Shown: positions 26,342 through 36,413, counted from the first letter of the stretch. The stretch: 64,000 nucleotides of DNA from Candidatus Methylomirabilia bacterium (GCA_041492755.1 JBGPXN010000002.1:14883-78882), one strand, 5' to 3'. Numbers and translations: made by a program. The notes: a model not told the origin generated them from the sequence alone.

Positions 26342-28243
26342 ATGAAGAGCGTGTACGAGAGCGTGTATCAGCACGCCGCCAGGGATCCGGAGAGCTTCTG
26401 GGCGGCGGCCGCCGAGGACCTGTACTGGGACCGCCGATGGGACCGCGTCCTCGACGACTCGCGCAAGCCGTTCTACCGGTGGTTCCCGGGGGGCCGGCTC
26501 AACACCTGCTACAACGCGCTCGACATCCACGTCGACCGGGGCCGCGGCAAGCAGCGCGCGCTCGTGTACGACAGTCCTGTCACCGGCACCGTGCGCGCGT
26601 TCACCTATCAGGAATTGCGTGACGAGGTCGCGCGCTGCGCGGGCGCGCTCCGGCGGCAAGGCATCACGGCCGGCGACCGCGTCATCGTCTACATGCCGAT
26701 GGTGCCGGAGGCCGTCGTCGCCATGCTCGCGTGCGCCCGGATCGGCGCCATCCACTCCGTCGTTTTCGGCGGGTTCGCCGCGAACGAGCTCGCCAAGCGC
26801 ATCGACGACGCCGGGCCGCGGCTGATCCTCTCCGCGTCGTGCGGCATCGAGGTCAACCGCGTCGTGCCCTACAAGCCGCTGCTCGATGGCGCCTGCGCGA
26901 TGGCCGCGCACAAGGTCGAGCGATGCGTGATCCTCCAGCGGCCGCAAGAGAAGGCCACGCTCGTGAAAGGCCGGGATCTCGACTGGGGTGATTTTCTCGA
27001 CGGCGCCCCACCCGCGGAGTGCGTGCCGGTGGAGGCCACCGATCCCCTCTACGTCCTGTACACGTCGGGCACGACCGGCATCCCCAAGGGCGTCGTCCAC
27101 GACAACGGCGGCCACGCGGTCGCGCTCAAGTGGTCGATGAGCGGCGTCTACGGCATGGGCGCGGGCGAGACCTACTGGGCCGCCTCCGACATCGGCTGGG
27201 TCGTCGGCCACTCGTACATCGTCTACGCGCCGCTGCTCAAGGGCTGCACGACGATCCTCTACGAGGGCAAGCCCGTCGGCACGCCGGATCCCGGCGCGTT
27301 CTGGCGGCTCATCAGCCAGCACGGCGTCAACGCGCTCTTCACGGCGCCGACCGCGTTCCGCGCCATCAAGAAGGAGGATCCCCAGGGGACGTACATGCGC
27401 ACGTACGACCTTTCGCGCTTCCGGACGTTGTTCCTGGCCGGGGAGCGCTGCGATCCCGACACGCTGCTGTGGGCGCGCGAGCATCTGGGCGTGCCCGTGA
27501 TCGATCACTGGTGGCAAACGGAGACGGCGTGGCCGATCGCCGCGAACTGCGTGGGGCTCGGCATGCTGCCCGTCAAGCCGGGCTCGCCCACCAAGCCGGT
27601 GCCGGGCTACGACGTGCGCGTGCTGGACGACGCCAACCGCGAGATGCCCGCCGAGCAGATCGGCTCGATCGCGATCACGCTGCCACTGCCGCCCGGCTGC
27701 CTGCCCACGCTGTGGAACAACGACGCCGGCTACGAGAAGTCGTATCTCACCAAGCACCCGGGCTTCTACCTGACCGGCGACGCCGGCTACAAGGACGCCG
27801 ACGGGTACGTCTACATCATGAGTCGCGTGGACGACATCATCAACGTCGCCGGCCACCGGCTGTCCACGGGTGGGATGGAAGAGGTGCTCGCGGCGCATCC
27901 CGACGTCGCCGAGTGCGCGGTGGTCGGCGTGGCCGACGACATCAAGGGCGAGGTCCCGGTCGGCTTCGTGGTGACGAAGGCGGGCGTCGAGCGATCCGAG
28001 GCCGACATCGTGAAGGAGCTGGTGGAGCGGATCCGGCAGCAGATCGGCCCGGTGGCGGCGTTCAAGACGGCGATGGTCGTCCAGCGCCTGCCCAAGACGC
28101 GCTCGGGCAAAATCTTGCGCGGCACGATGAAGAAGATCGCCGACGGCGCCACCTGGACGATGCCGGCCACCATCGACGATCCCCTCATCCTCGACGAGAT
28201 CACGTCCGCCCTGCAGGGCGTCGGCTACCCCAAGAACGCGTGA
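26342..28243 (+). CDS. prpE: Propionyl-CoA synthetase-like acyl-CoA ligase (AMP-forming)
   Basis: ATG 26342. The N-terminus (YESVYQHAARDPESFWAAAAEDLYWDRRWDRVLDDSRKPFYRWFPGGRLNTCYNALD) and the AMP-binding motifs (YTSGTTGIPKG, YWAASDIGW, LTGDAGYKDADGYVYIMSRVDDIINVAGHR) fit PrpE/Acs-type enzymes. The substrate is not certain. Confidence 0.75.
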   Translation: MKSVYESVYQHAARDPESFWAAAAEDLYWDRRWDRVLDDSRKPFYRWFPGGRLNTCYNALDIHVDRGRGKQRALVYDSPVTGTVRAFTYQELRDEVARCAGALRRQGITAGDRVIVYMPMVPEAVVAMLACARIGAIHSVVFGGFAANELAKRIDDAGPRLILSASCGIEVNRVVPYKPLLDGACAMAAHKVERCVILQRPQEKATLVKGRDLDWGDFLDGAPPAECVPVEATDPLYVLYTSGTTGIPKGVVHDNGGHAVALKWSMSGVYGMGAGETYWAASDIGWVVGHSYIVYAPLLKGCTTILYEGKPVGTPDPGAFWRLISQHGVNALFTAPTAFRAIKKEDPQGTYMRTYDLSRFRTLFLAGERCDPDTLLWAREHLGVPVIDHWWQTETAWPIAANCVGLGMLPVKPGSPTKPVPGYDVRVLDDANREMPAEQIGSIAITLPLPPGCLPTLWNNDAGYEKSYLTKHPGFYLTGDAGYKDADGYVYIMSRVDDIINVAGHRLSTGGMEEVLAAHPDVAECAVVGVADDIKGEVPVGFVVTKAGVERSEADIVKELVERIRQQIGPVAAFKTAMVVQRLPKTRSGKILRGTMKKIADGATWTMPATIDDPLILDEITSALQGVGYPKNA

Positions 28244-29067
28244 CGCGCGCGCTCGACGGCGGTCGCGCGGTGGAGCGATTTACCACCGACGACCTCGCGC
28301 GCCCGCTCGCGCTCGGGCCGGGCGCCCGGCGCATCGTGTCGCTCGCGCCTTCGTGCACGGAGAGCCTGCTCGCGCTCGGCGCGGGTGACCGCCTCGTGGG
28401 TGTGGAGGAGCACTCCGAGCTGCCGCCGGCCCTCGCCCATCTGCCCCGCATCGGCGGCTTCAAGTACCTCGATCTCGCCCGCATCGTCGCCCTCGAGCCC
28501 GATCTCGTCGTGGCGGCGTCGCTGCACGCGGTCGCTGTGGTCCCGCGGCTCGCGGCCGATGGGTTACGCGTGTTCGCGTTCCTGCCGCGCACGCTCGACG
28601 ACGTCGTGGACGGCTTGGCGCGCCTGGCCGCGCGCGCGGCCGGCGGCGGGGTGGCTCGCCGCAGCCCGGGCTCGGATCGCGCGGGTGGTGGAGCGCACCG
28701 TGCGCGGGGGGCGCCGGCCGCTCGTCTACGTCGAGCTCTCCCCGCGCGGGCACACCGGGGGGCCGCAGAGCTTCGTGCACGACCTGGTCACCAAGGCCGG
28801 CGGCGTCAACGCGGGCGGGCTCGCGCGCGTGGAGTGGCCGGTGCTCTCGGCGGCGACGGTGTGCCGCCTCGATCCCGAGGTGATCGTCCTCGCGGCTATC
28901 CGGGCAGCGCGACCGCCGAGACGCTCGCCGCCCGCGACGGCTGGGCGGGCCTCGCCGCCGTCAAGACCCGGCGAGTGTTCGAAGTGCCGTCACCGACGCT
29001 GAAGCATCCGGGACCACTGGCCATCGACGGTCTCGAGTGCGTCGCGGCCCTCCTCGCTCGTGACTAG
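28240..29067 (+). pseudogene. BtuF/FhuD-like periplasmic substrate-binding protein with two compensating frameshifts
   Basis: Frame A reads RIVSLAPSCTESLLALGAGDRLVGV...DLARIVALEPDLVVA. The middle reads correctly only in another frame (RPLVYVELSP...GPQSFVHDLVTKAGGVNA...WPVLSAATVCRLDPEVIVLA, ~28640..28893). It returns to frame A after GCGGCTAT (one G apparently missing) for YPGSATAETLAARDGWAGLAAVKTRRVFEV. Confidence 0.55.
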
Positions 29068-29348
29068 ACCGGCCGGCCACCGACTTGCCTACCGCCCGGC
29101 GACACGCCGAGAGGGCTTGATGGCGCGATGCCGGGAGGGCGCTGGCGCTCTGGCGTGGGCGCGCTTGAGCCTTCATTTCGCCGAGCGCTGAGCCGTCGGT
29201 CCAGTGTCGGACCGGCAGGATCGGCCGGCCGGTGCCGCGGTGGGAGAGAGAGCGGATTTCGCGCGCCGTGCAAGAATTTATGCGCCCCCACCAGTTGTGT
29301 CAGTTCTTCGCTTGCCTCTCCCCGCCGAGGTTGGGTATAACCTTTTAC

Positions 29349-30992
29349 GTGAAGCGCGTCCTCGCGGCGGTTCTCGTCGCCCTGCTTCTCTGTCCCGCCA
29401 TCCCAGCTTCGGTCCGGGCGCAGACGACCGAGGCCGACGTCTACGTCGCCCAGGCCATCATCGACTTCGAGGAGAAGCGCTACCCGGACGCGCTCGAGAA
29501 CCTCAGGAAAGCGTCGGAGCTCGAGCCGGATCACGTCGAGGCCCTCTACTACACGGGCGTGATCGCCATGACCCAGGGCCGGACGCCCGAAGCCATCGCG
29601 CCGCTGGAGCGGGCGCGGGCCAAGGCGCCGGGCGACCCGTCGGTGGCGTTCCAGCTCGGCCTCGCCTACTTCGGACAGCAGCAGTACGACAAGGCGCAGC
29701 CGCTCCTCGAAGAGGTGTTCCGGGGGCAGCCGACGCTCGACGGCCTCGGGTACTACGTCGGGTTCATGCGATACCGCAAGAAGGATTACCGCAACGCGCT
29801 CGCCGCCTTCCGTGCCGGACGCTCCGCGGACCCCGAGCTGCAGCAGCTCACGCGGCTCTACAGCGGCCTCACCCTCGCCGTGCTCGGTCTGCCCACGCAG
29901 GCGGCGGCCGAGGTCGAGCAGTCGCTGCGATTGGCCCCGGGCTCCGCGCTCACCGGTCCCTCCGAACGATTGCGCGACACGATCGCGCAGGCGCGCTCGA
30001 AGGAAAAGCGACTCGCGATCGACCTGCGCTTCGGCTTCCTGTACGACGACAACGTCCGGGTCACGCCGGACCCGAGCAACCAGGAGCCGATCGTGCGCCC
30101 GCTCCTCCACCCGAAGCGCGATTCGCCGGGGGAGGTGGCCGGGGTCAACATCAACTACACCTTCTTCCGGACGGACTCGTGGGACGCCAGCGCCGGGTAC
30201 TCGTTCTTCGGGACGTACTACAACGACCTCACCAGCTTCAACACGACCGACCACCTGGTGAATTTCGGGCTGACCCACAAGACGGCTCTGTCGGCCACGT
30301 TTCCCTGGATCGGCGAGATCAACATGCCGGCGCAGCTCGGCGCCCAGTACGCGTTCGACGTGCTCTACCTGCGCGAGGACCAGTTCATCCAGCGGCACAC
30401 CGGGACGGTCTACGCCGCGGTCGTCGAGAACGATCTCCTGCTGACCCAGGCCTTCATGCGCTACCAGCGCAAGGACTTCACCGAGCCCGACATCCGCCCG
30501 CCTCGCGAGGAGATCCGCGACGCCGACAACTACATGGTCGGCTTCGTCCAGCTCTTCCGCTTCGAGGAGGACCGGCACTTCATCAAGCTGGGATACCAGT
30601 TCGACTACGAGGAGACGTCCGGGAAGAACTACGAGTACCGCGGGCACCGGCTCACCGCGGGCGGCCAGTACACGCTGCCCTGGTATGGCATCCGGCTGAA
30701 GTACGACATGGATGCGCACATCCGCGGCTACGTCCACAAGAACAGCCTGCTGCCGACCGTCGATGAGACCGGTGTCCCCGGATCCGGGCAAGACAAAAAG
30801 CGCCGGCGCGACCACGAGATCACGCACGTCATGCGCGTAGAGTGGCCGCTGCCGTGGAAGCCCCGGCTGTTCGACCGCGACACCGAGTTCGTGCTGGCGG
30901 GGGAGCACCAGAACACCGGCGCTCACTCCAACATCCAGGTCTTCGACTACGATCGCCGCGTGACCTCGCTGATCCTGTCCTGGTCCTTCTGA
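29349..30992 (+). CDS. Outer-membrane protein: N-terminal TPR domain plus C-terminal beta-barrel
   Basis: GTG 29349 gives the signal peptide VKRVLAAVLVALLLCPAIPASVRA. TPR repeats cover ~residues 25-230 (YPDALENLRKASELEPDHVEALYYTGV...). The C-terminal ~300 aa has alternating amphipathic strands and ends in LILSWSF (terminal aromatic). The architecture is like Slam/DUF560 or BcsC/PgaA-type exporters. Confidence 0.65.
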   Translation: MKRVLAAVLVALLLCPAIPASVRAQTTEADVYVAQAIIDFEEKRYPDALENLRKASELEPDHVEALYYTGVIAMTQGRTPEAIAPLERARAKAPGDPSVAFQLGLAYFGQQQYDKAQPLLEEVFRGQPTLDGLGYYVGFMRYRKKDYRNALAAFRAGRSADPELQQLTRLYSGLTLAVLGLPTQAAAEVEQSLRLAPGSALTGPSERLRDTIAQARSKEKRLAIDLRFGFLYDDNVRVTPDPSNQEPIVRPLLHPKRDSPGEVAGVNINYTFFRTDSWDASAGYSFFGTYYNDLTSFNTTDHLVNFGLTHKTALSATFPWIGEINMPAQLGAQYAFDVLYLREDQFIQRHTGTVYAAVVENDLLLTQAFMRYQRKDFTEPDIRPPREEIRDADNYMVGFVQLFRFEEDRHFIKLGYQFDYEETSGKNYEYRGHRLTAGGQYTLPWYGIRLKYDMDAHIRGYVHKNSLLPTVDETGVPGSGQDKKRRRDHEITHVMRVEWPLPWKPRLFDRDTEFVLAGEHQNTGAHSNIQVFDYDRRVTSLILSWSF

Positions 30993-31090
30993 TTAATGAG
31001 CGACGACCGCCCCCGACGGGCGGTCAGGCAGGAGTCGCCGACTTCGCAGCCTTCGTGATCTTCAGGGGGTCTTCGGGGTCTCCGTGACCT

Positions 31091-31471
31091 TCACGGGGCC
31101 TTCTTCATCTTGACGTAACGCTGGCGGTTGTTCTCGAAGGCCCACTCGTTGGTGTCCTTCACGTCCACCCGCTGCTTCTTGCCCGCGTCCTCGATCAGCT
31201 TCTTGCGCTCGTCGAGCAGGCCCTTGAGCTCGTTCTGCATGTCCTGGGCCTGCCGCTGGAGCAGCGCGAAGTTGGCGAGGATGGCGGACATCTTCGCCTC
31301 CGTCGCCGCCGCCTTCAGCGTGGTCTGCTCGTCGAGGCGGATCTCCTCGCCGGGCCCGGGCTGGGGCGTGGTGGCCTGAGCGAGTTGGACCGGGCTGGGT
31401 TGCGCTGCCACCGGCGCGACCACGAGCGTGGTTGCGGTGAGCGCCACGGCCATCGACACGACAGCCTTCAT
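31091..31471 (-). CDS. Small secreted coiled-coil protein
   Basis: Signal peptide MKAVVSMAVALTATTLVVAPVAAQ, then a heptad-like helical region (AILANFALLQRQAQDMQNELKGLLDERKKLIEDAGKK). It lies 52 nt downstream of the giant FecR-domain gene. Confidence 0.6.
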   Translation of the reverse strand: MKAVVSMAVALTATTLVVAPVAAQPSPVQLAQATTPQPGPGEEIRLDEQTTLKAAATEAKMSAILANFALLQRQAQDMQNELKGLLDERKKLIEDAGKKQRVDVKDTNEWAFENNRQRYVKMKKAP

Positions 31472-31523
31472 TCGGAATCCTTCTCCTCTGTCCCGAGTTC
31501 TTCTTACCGCAACGCGACGTCCA

Positions 31524-34500
31524 TCACCCGCCGCCGTTGCCGCCGGTACCCGTGATGACGAGCCGGCTGTTGGCCCCGCTCAGGATGACGTCGGCGGTGC
31601 TGATGGCGCTCCGGGTGATGGTCCCCGAGCCCGCGATCCCGCCCCCGCTCCCCACACTGATGTTGGAGGAGGAGGCGCCGTTCTGGATGGCGACGTTGAG
31701 GCCGCCAAAGCTGAGGCACGACGTGCCGCAGGCCGTGTTGGTGATGTTGACGGTGTTGCTACCGGTCCCGAACCGGTACATCACACCGGTGATGTTCACC
31801 ACCGCGGTGCCGCTGATCGACAGCGGTGCGCCGTTGCTCACGCGGAGGGTGCTGCCGCTGCTGAGGGAAAAGAGGTCGCCGCTGACTCGCAGCAGGCTGT
31901 CGTTCACACGCACGGCGGCTCCGCTGTTGACGGTCAGGGTGCTCGCGATGAGCTCGACCAGGTTCCCCGCCGCGGTGAGCTTCGCCTTGTTGCTGAGATC
32001 GATGGCGTCGAGCGCGGTCGTGAGGCTACTGCCGGGCGCGCCCGTCGCGGAGGTCAGTCGCAGGATCGGCATGCTGGCTTGCACCAGCGCATCGTCTTGT
32101 AGATAGAACTTCTGGGGCACGGTCGATCCCGACCCGAACGTGGCGTCCTTGGCCTCCATGAAGACGCCGCCGTGCGACAGCGGGACGTCCGTGCCCGTCG
32201 TGACGTTCACGGCGCCCGCGCTCGTCTCGCCGCCCACGGCTTCGGTGGTGAAGGCGGTGGTCCGGCCGCTGAGGCGGAACATCGCGGAGTCCGTCGCGAT
32301 CGCCGTCGCGATAGCGTGCGTCCCGCCCGTGAAGCTCGTCAGCGGGTCTGTCGACCCGTTCACTTGCAGGTTGGCGTTCTCCTGCACCCTGACCAAGCCG
32401 TGCGTCGCGTTCAGGATGCTGCCAACGGAGAGCAGCGGCCCGTTCAGCGTTACCGTAGCCGGCGATCCCGAACTCACCGGGCCCCCCAGCGCGCTGATGC
32501 TCAGCACGCGACCGTCGAAGCCGGCCGAGCCGGCGTTCAGCGTCGAGTTGCTGAGCGTGATCAGCGGCGACGTCGTTGTGCTCGTGAGCTGCCCACCTTG
32601 GAACACGCCGATCACGTCACTGCTGAAGGTCGAGGTCGTGGAGCCCGTCGCGGAGAGGAGCGGGCCGGCCAGAGTCACCGTGGACAGCGTTGAACCCGTG
32701 GATCCGCTGACGTTCAGCAACCGACCGCCGATCGAGCCCGAGCCGGCGCTGAGGGTGGAGGTGCCGATGAGGGAGATCAATGGCGCCGTCGTTGTGCTCG
32801 TCAGTCTGGCGCCGCTCAATACGCCGATCACGTCATTGGTGAAGCTCAAGTCCGGCGAGATCGTCGCCGGCAACGGCCCGGCCAAGAGGACCGGGCCGGC
32901 CAGCGTCACCGCCGCCGTCGCGGAACCCGTGGTCCCTCCTGCGCCACTGACGCTCAGCAGCCGCCCGCTGAACGCGGTAGACCCGGCGCGAAGCGTCGTT
33001 CCGCCGCTCAGGGTCACCAACGGCGCCGTCGTCGTGCTCGCCAGGGTCGCGCCATTGAACACGCCGATCACGTCACCCGTGAAGCTCAGCGTGGAGCTGG
33101 TCGCCGAGAGCAGCGGGCCGGCCAGAGACACGCTGGTCGCCAGCGCCGCGACGTTGGCCGTCGGCTGGTTGGCAAGGAGCAGGGCGCCGTAGGTCGTGGT
33201 GCCGTCGATCACGTTGGTGCCGCCGGCGGTCAACGTCGACGAGTCGGTCACGGTCATGAGGGCGACCGGGCTCGTGCTGGTGAAGCTCGACTGATTCACG
33301 GACAACGTGGAGAACAGCGAGGTCAACCTGCTGGCCGCCGGGTTCGGCGTCGCTTGGGTCACCGGATCCTTCGCCATCGACAACAGCGGGCCGGCGAGGT
33401 TGACGCTGGCGGAGGCGGTGAGGGACTCGCCCAGGTTCGTGGCCGTCACGTGAAAGAAGGTGCCACCCGACTGGCTGTCGGGGCCCGCGCTGAAGGTGGA
33501 GCTCGTGAGCTGGATCAGGGCACCGGCGCCGGTTCCGGTGAGACGGCCTCCCTGACCGATGAAGAACCCGCTGCAGCAAGCCGACCGCGAGCCGCCGGGG
33601 AGGAATCCGAGGCTCGTGGTGTTGAAGCTGCTGTTGTTGCTCGCCACCAGCAGCGGGCCCGCGATGCTCATCGACGGGATGGCCTGGCTCAGGGTGTTGC
33701 GCAGGGTCAGGATGTTGGCCGACGTGTCCACGGTCGTGTTGCTGAACGACATCAGCGGCCCGGTGCCGGTGCTCGTGAAGCTCGTGCCGTTGCCGATGAA
33801 GACGAAGCTCTGGGTGTTACTGGTCGGCAGGCCGTTCTGGATGGTGGTGTTCGCCGCAGCGACGAGCGGCCCCGCCAGGGTGATCGAGACGGGGGCGTTG
33901 CCTGCCGCCGAGGACGCGGTGAAGAAGTTACCCGTGCCCCCCGCGGTGGCGGAGCCGCCGGTGATCGAGATCAACGGCTCGCCCGACGTGCTGGATAACG
34001 TCGAGCCGTCGAAGATCCCGAAGGCGTCGTCGGTCGTCAGGATCGTGGCGTTGGTCGACTTCCACAGTGGCCCACGGAGGCTGACATTCGTGAGCGCAGG
34101 GTTGCCCGTCGAGTTGCTGAGCGCCAGCGTTACGAGCCGGCCCGTCGTCGTGGACCCGTCGATCGGGCTGGGCCCGCCGATGTTGATGGTCGTGCCGTCG
34201 AACGCCAGCAGCGGATCGGTGGTCGTGCTCGAGAGCGTGCCGCGGAAGACGCCCAGCACGTTCTGGAGCGCCGCGACAGTGCCACCCGTCATGCTGAGCA
34301 GCGCGCCTGCCAGCGTCACCGATGGCGTCGCCACGACCGTTGGCTCACCCAGGATCGACGTGAAGTCGAAGATGCTGATCACGCGGTTGCCGAGGTTGAG
34401 CGCCGTGCCGTTGAGCTGGATGAGCGGCGTGGTGGTCGTGCTCGTGAAGCGCGTGCCCTGACCGACCGCGAGCAGGTTGCAGCAGAGCTGCCGGGCGCCC

Positions 34501-36167
34501 GACTGATCGAAGAAGGCCGAGCTGAAGGACCGGAAGCTCCCACCGGCGGCTCGGAGCAGCGGCCCCGCGAGATCCACGGTCGGCGCCGGGCCGCCGAAGC
34601 GATTCCGCGCGGTGAAGAGGCTGCCCGAGCTGCTGACCGTGCTGTTCGTGAGCTGGACGAACGGGTCGCTGCTGGTGCCGCGGATAACGGCCCCATCACC
34701 GGCAAGGGCGAAAGCCAGCGCGTTGGCGTTCGGCCCGCTTTCCACGCCATTGACGAGGGTGCTGCCGTCGGCCGTGAGCAAGGCCCCGGCCAGGGTGAGG
34801 CGGCCATTCTCGATGAACGCGAAGTTCGCGCCGGCGTTCAACGTGCTGTTCCTGAACTGCACGAGCGTTCCGTTGTCGTTGCCGGTCACGATGGCGCCCC
34901 GGAGGAGCAGTGCCTCACGCGGAAGGTTAATGATGCTGTTGGCTACGGTCAGCAGGGGCGACGCCAGCGTGAGGTTGGCGCCTGCGAGGGCCGCGATCGC
35001 GGGGTCAGCGGTCAAGAGATTGAGGGTCGCACTATTGCTGATCTGGGCCAGCGCAGCCAAAGAGGTGCGGTTCAGCGTGGTACTGAAGCGGAAAACAGAG
35101 TTCTGAACGTTGAGCGTTCCTCCGGACAGAACGAACGGGTCACCCTGCAGTGGACCAGCGATCGTGATAGGGAACTGCAGTACGCCGGCGGTGGTGGTGA
35201 AGAACGGTATGCCGGAGAGAGCGACAAAGCTGCAGCCCTGTGCGCTACACAGTGGCGGTGCCACTGCGGCCTGGGCTGTTGCTATGACCGCCATCAGCGT
35301 TTCGCATTGCTGCGATCCGTTACACAGTGCGTTGTACTCCGTGTGTAGCGTGTTTGTCGTCGTGGTCACGGGCTGGATCGGCAGGGGCGCTGGCGCCGAA
35401 AGGCCCCCACCGGGCGTGGGACCCACCAGCCTGTTCACGAGGTTCGTGGCTGTTAACACCGCCTGCTCACGGACCTGTGCGCGATTGCCCGCCTCGGTGG
35501 CCTGCACACCCTGCGGCTGCAGACCCGACGTCACCTGCTGCACCTGCTCGGGCGGGATCGGAGCGATCCGTGGCGGCGCGTTGCCGGTGGCGGTGAAAGA
35601 CTGCAGCACGTTGAGCGGCTGCGGCGGCCCCACGGGCGCCCGCGTGACCGGATCGAGCTGGGTGGCGAGCACCGTGCCGCGGAGCACGTAGAAGTTCGTG
35701 GTGACCGCCGGCGCGCCGGCGCCGGCCTGGGCGCTGGCGCGCAGGACCTCGGCGACGACGACCGTACCGCGCACGGCGGCGACCGCGTTGGGGGTGCGGA
35801 TCTCGATCTGCTCACCGGGGCGCAGCTTCTCGCGGGCGACGGCCAGCGCGATCTTGCCGGATTCCAGGTCGACCGTGGACCGGCCAGGCACCTCGGTGAT
35901 GTTGAGGATGGAGCGCTCGCGGACGGTAACGACCGCCTTGCCGCCCAGGAGCATGCGGGCCAGCGACCGATCGCCGGTGGTGATGCGGTCGCGCAGGAAG
36001 ACGTCGTCCTTGAACTTGAGGGACACGGGCGCGGTACCGCGGGTGGCGGTGACGGTGCCTTCGAGGGTGGTGACGACGCCGGCTTTCTCCTGCTGGGCCA
36101 GAACCAGCGTGGGCCAGAAGGTAAACAGCGCGAGGAGGGTGGCGAGCGCACGACGGAACATCACCAT
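31524..36167 (-). CDS. Giant secreted FecR-domain protein with Thr/Ser/Gly/Ala-rich beta-helix-like repeats (1547 aa)
   Basis: ATG 36167 after GGGAGG. Signal MVMFRRALATLLALFTFWPTLVLAQ. FecR-like N-domain (AGVVTTLEGTVTATRG...DDVFLRDRITTGDRSLARMLLGGKAVVTVRERS...IEIRTPNAVAAVRGT). It then has at least nine ~65-aa units of the form VTLAGPLLSA..S.F..DVIGVF.G..L.STTT.PL..L....L.AGS...GRLL.VSG. Confidence 0.8.
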   Translation of the reverse strand: MVMFRRALATLLALFTFWPTLVLAQQEKAGVVTTLEGTVTATRGTAPVSLKFKDDVFLRDRITTGDRSLARMLLGGKAVVTVRERSILNITEVPGRSTVDLESGKIALAVAREKLRPGEQIEIRTPNAVAAVRGTVVVAEVLRASAQAGAGAPAVTTNFYVLRGTVLATQLDPVTRAPVGPPQPLNVLQSFTATGNAPPRIAPIPPEQVQQVTSGLQPQGVQATEAGNRAQVREQAVLTATNLVNRLVGPTPGGGLSAPAPLPIQPVTTTTNTLHTEYNALCNGSQQCETLMAVIATAQAAVAPPLCSAQGCSFVALSGIPFFTTTAGVLQFPITIAGPLQGDPFVLSGGTLNVQNSVFRFSTTLNRTSLAALAQISNSATLNLLTADPAIAALAGANLTLASPLLTVANSIINLPREALLLRGAIVTGNDNGTLVQFRNSTLNAGANFAFIENGRLTLAGALLTADGSTLVNGVESGPNANALAFALAGDGAVIRGTSSDPFVQLTNSTVSSSGSLFTARNRFGGPAPTVDLAGPLLRAAGGSFRSFSSAFFDQSGARQLCCNLLAVGQGTRFTSTTTTPLIQLNGTALNLGNRVISIFDFTSILGEPTVVATPSVTLAGALLSMTGGTVAALQNVLGVFRGTLSSTTTDPLLAFDGTTINIGGPSPIDGSTTTGRLVTLALSNSTGNPALTNVSLRGPLWKSTNATILTTDDAFGIFDGSTLSSTSGEPLISITGGSATAGGTGNFFTASSAAGNAPVSITLAGPLVAAANTTIQNGLPTSNTQSFVFIGNGTSFTSTGTGPLMSFSNTTVDTSANILTLRNTLSQAIPSMSIAGPLLVASNNSSFNTTSLGFLPGGSRSACCSGFFIGQGGRLTGTGAGALIQLTSSTFSAGPDSQSGGTFFHVTATNLGESLTASASVNLAGPLLSMAKDPVTQATPNPAASRLTSLFSTLSVNQSSFTSTSPVALMTVTDSSTLTAGGTNVIDGTTTYGALLLANQPTANVAALATSVSLAGPLLSATSSTLSFTGDVIGVFNGATLASTTTAPLVTLSGGTTLRAGSTAFSGRLLSVSGAGGTTGSATAAVTLAGPVLLAGPLPATISPDLSFTNDVIGVLSGARLTSTTTAPLISLIGTSTLSAGSGSIGGRLLNVSGSTGSTLSTVTLAGPLLSATGSTTSTFSSDVIGVFQGGQLTSTTTSPLITLSNSTLNAGSAGFDGRVLSISALGGPVSSGSPATVTLNGPLLSVGSILNATHGLVRVQENANLQVNGSTDPLTSFTGGTHAIATAIATDSAMFRLSGRTTAFTTEAVGGETSAGAVNVTTGTDVPLSHGGVFMEAKDATFGSGSTVPQKFYLQDDALVQASMPILRLTSATGAPGSSLTTALDAIDLSNKAKLTAAGNLVELIASTLTVNSGAAVRVNDSLLRVSGDLFSLSSGSTLRVSNGAPLSISGTAVVNITGVMYRFGTGSNTVNITNTACGTSCLSFGGLNVAIQNGASSSNISVGSGGGIAGSGTITRSAISTADVILSGANSRLVITGTGGNGGG

Positions 36168-36232
36168 GGGGCCTCCCGGAAACCGTCGGCGAAGATTGGC
36201 GGCCGCGCGACTGACGAGACTTTCATCAACAG

Positions 36233-36284
36233 TCTCGCGATCATCGGCCGCGCGAGGTATTTTTGTCAACGAAGAATCGCGAGA
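36233..36284 (-). promoter_or_regulatory. Candidate promoter/operator of the FecR-domain gene
   Basis: On the coding (minus) strand, a perfect -35-like TTGACA (plus-strand TGTCAA 36264..36269) is bracketed by the 9-bp inverted repeat TCTCGCGAT (36233..36241) / ATCGCGAGA (36276..36284). The -10 is weak. Confidence 0.25.
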
Positions 36285-36413
36285 GTCCCCACCCAACGGC
36301 CGGGGCGCGCCGACAACCCCGCGGGATCGTTGATTCCACGCTGGCCGCGTGATAGCGTGATGGCGCTCAGCGTGCCCGTCGGGCACGCCTCCACGCACGA
36401 ATTCCGGCGGCGC

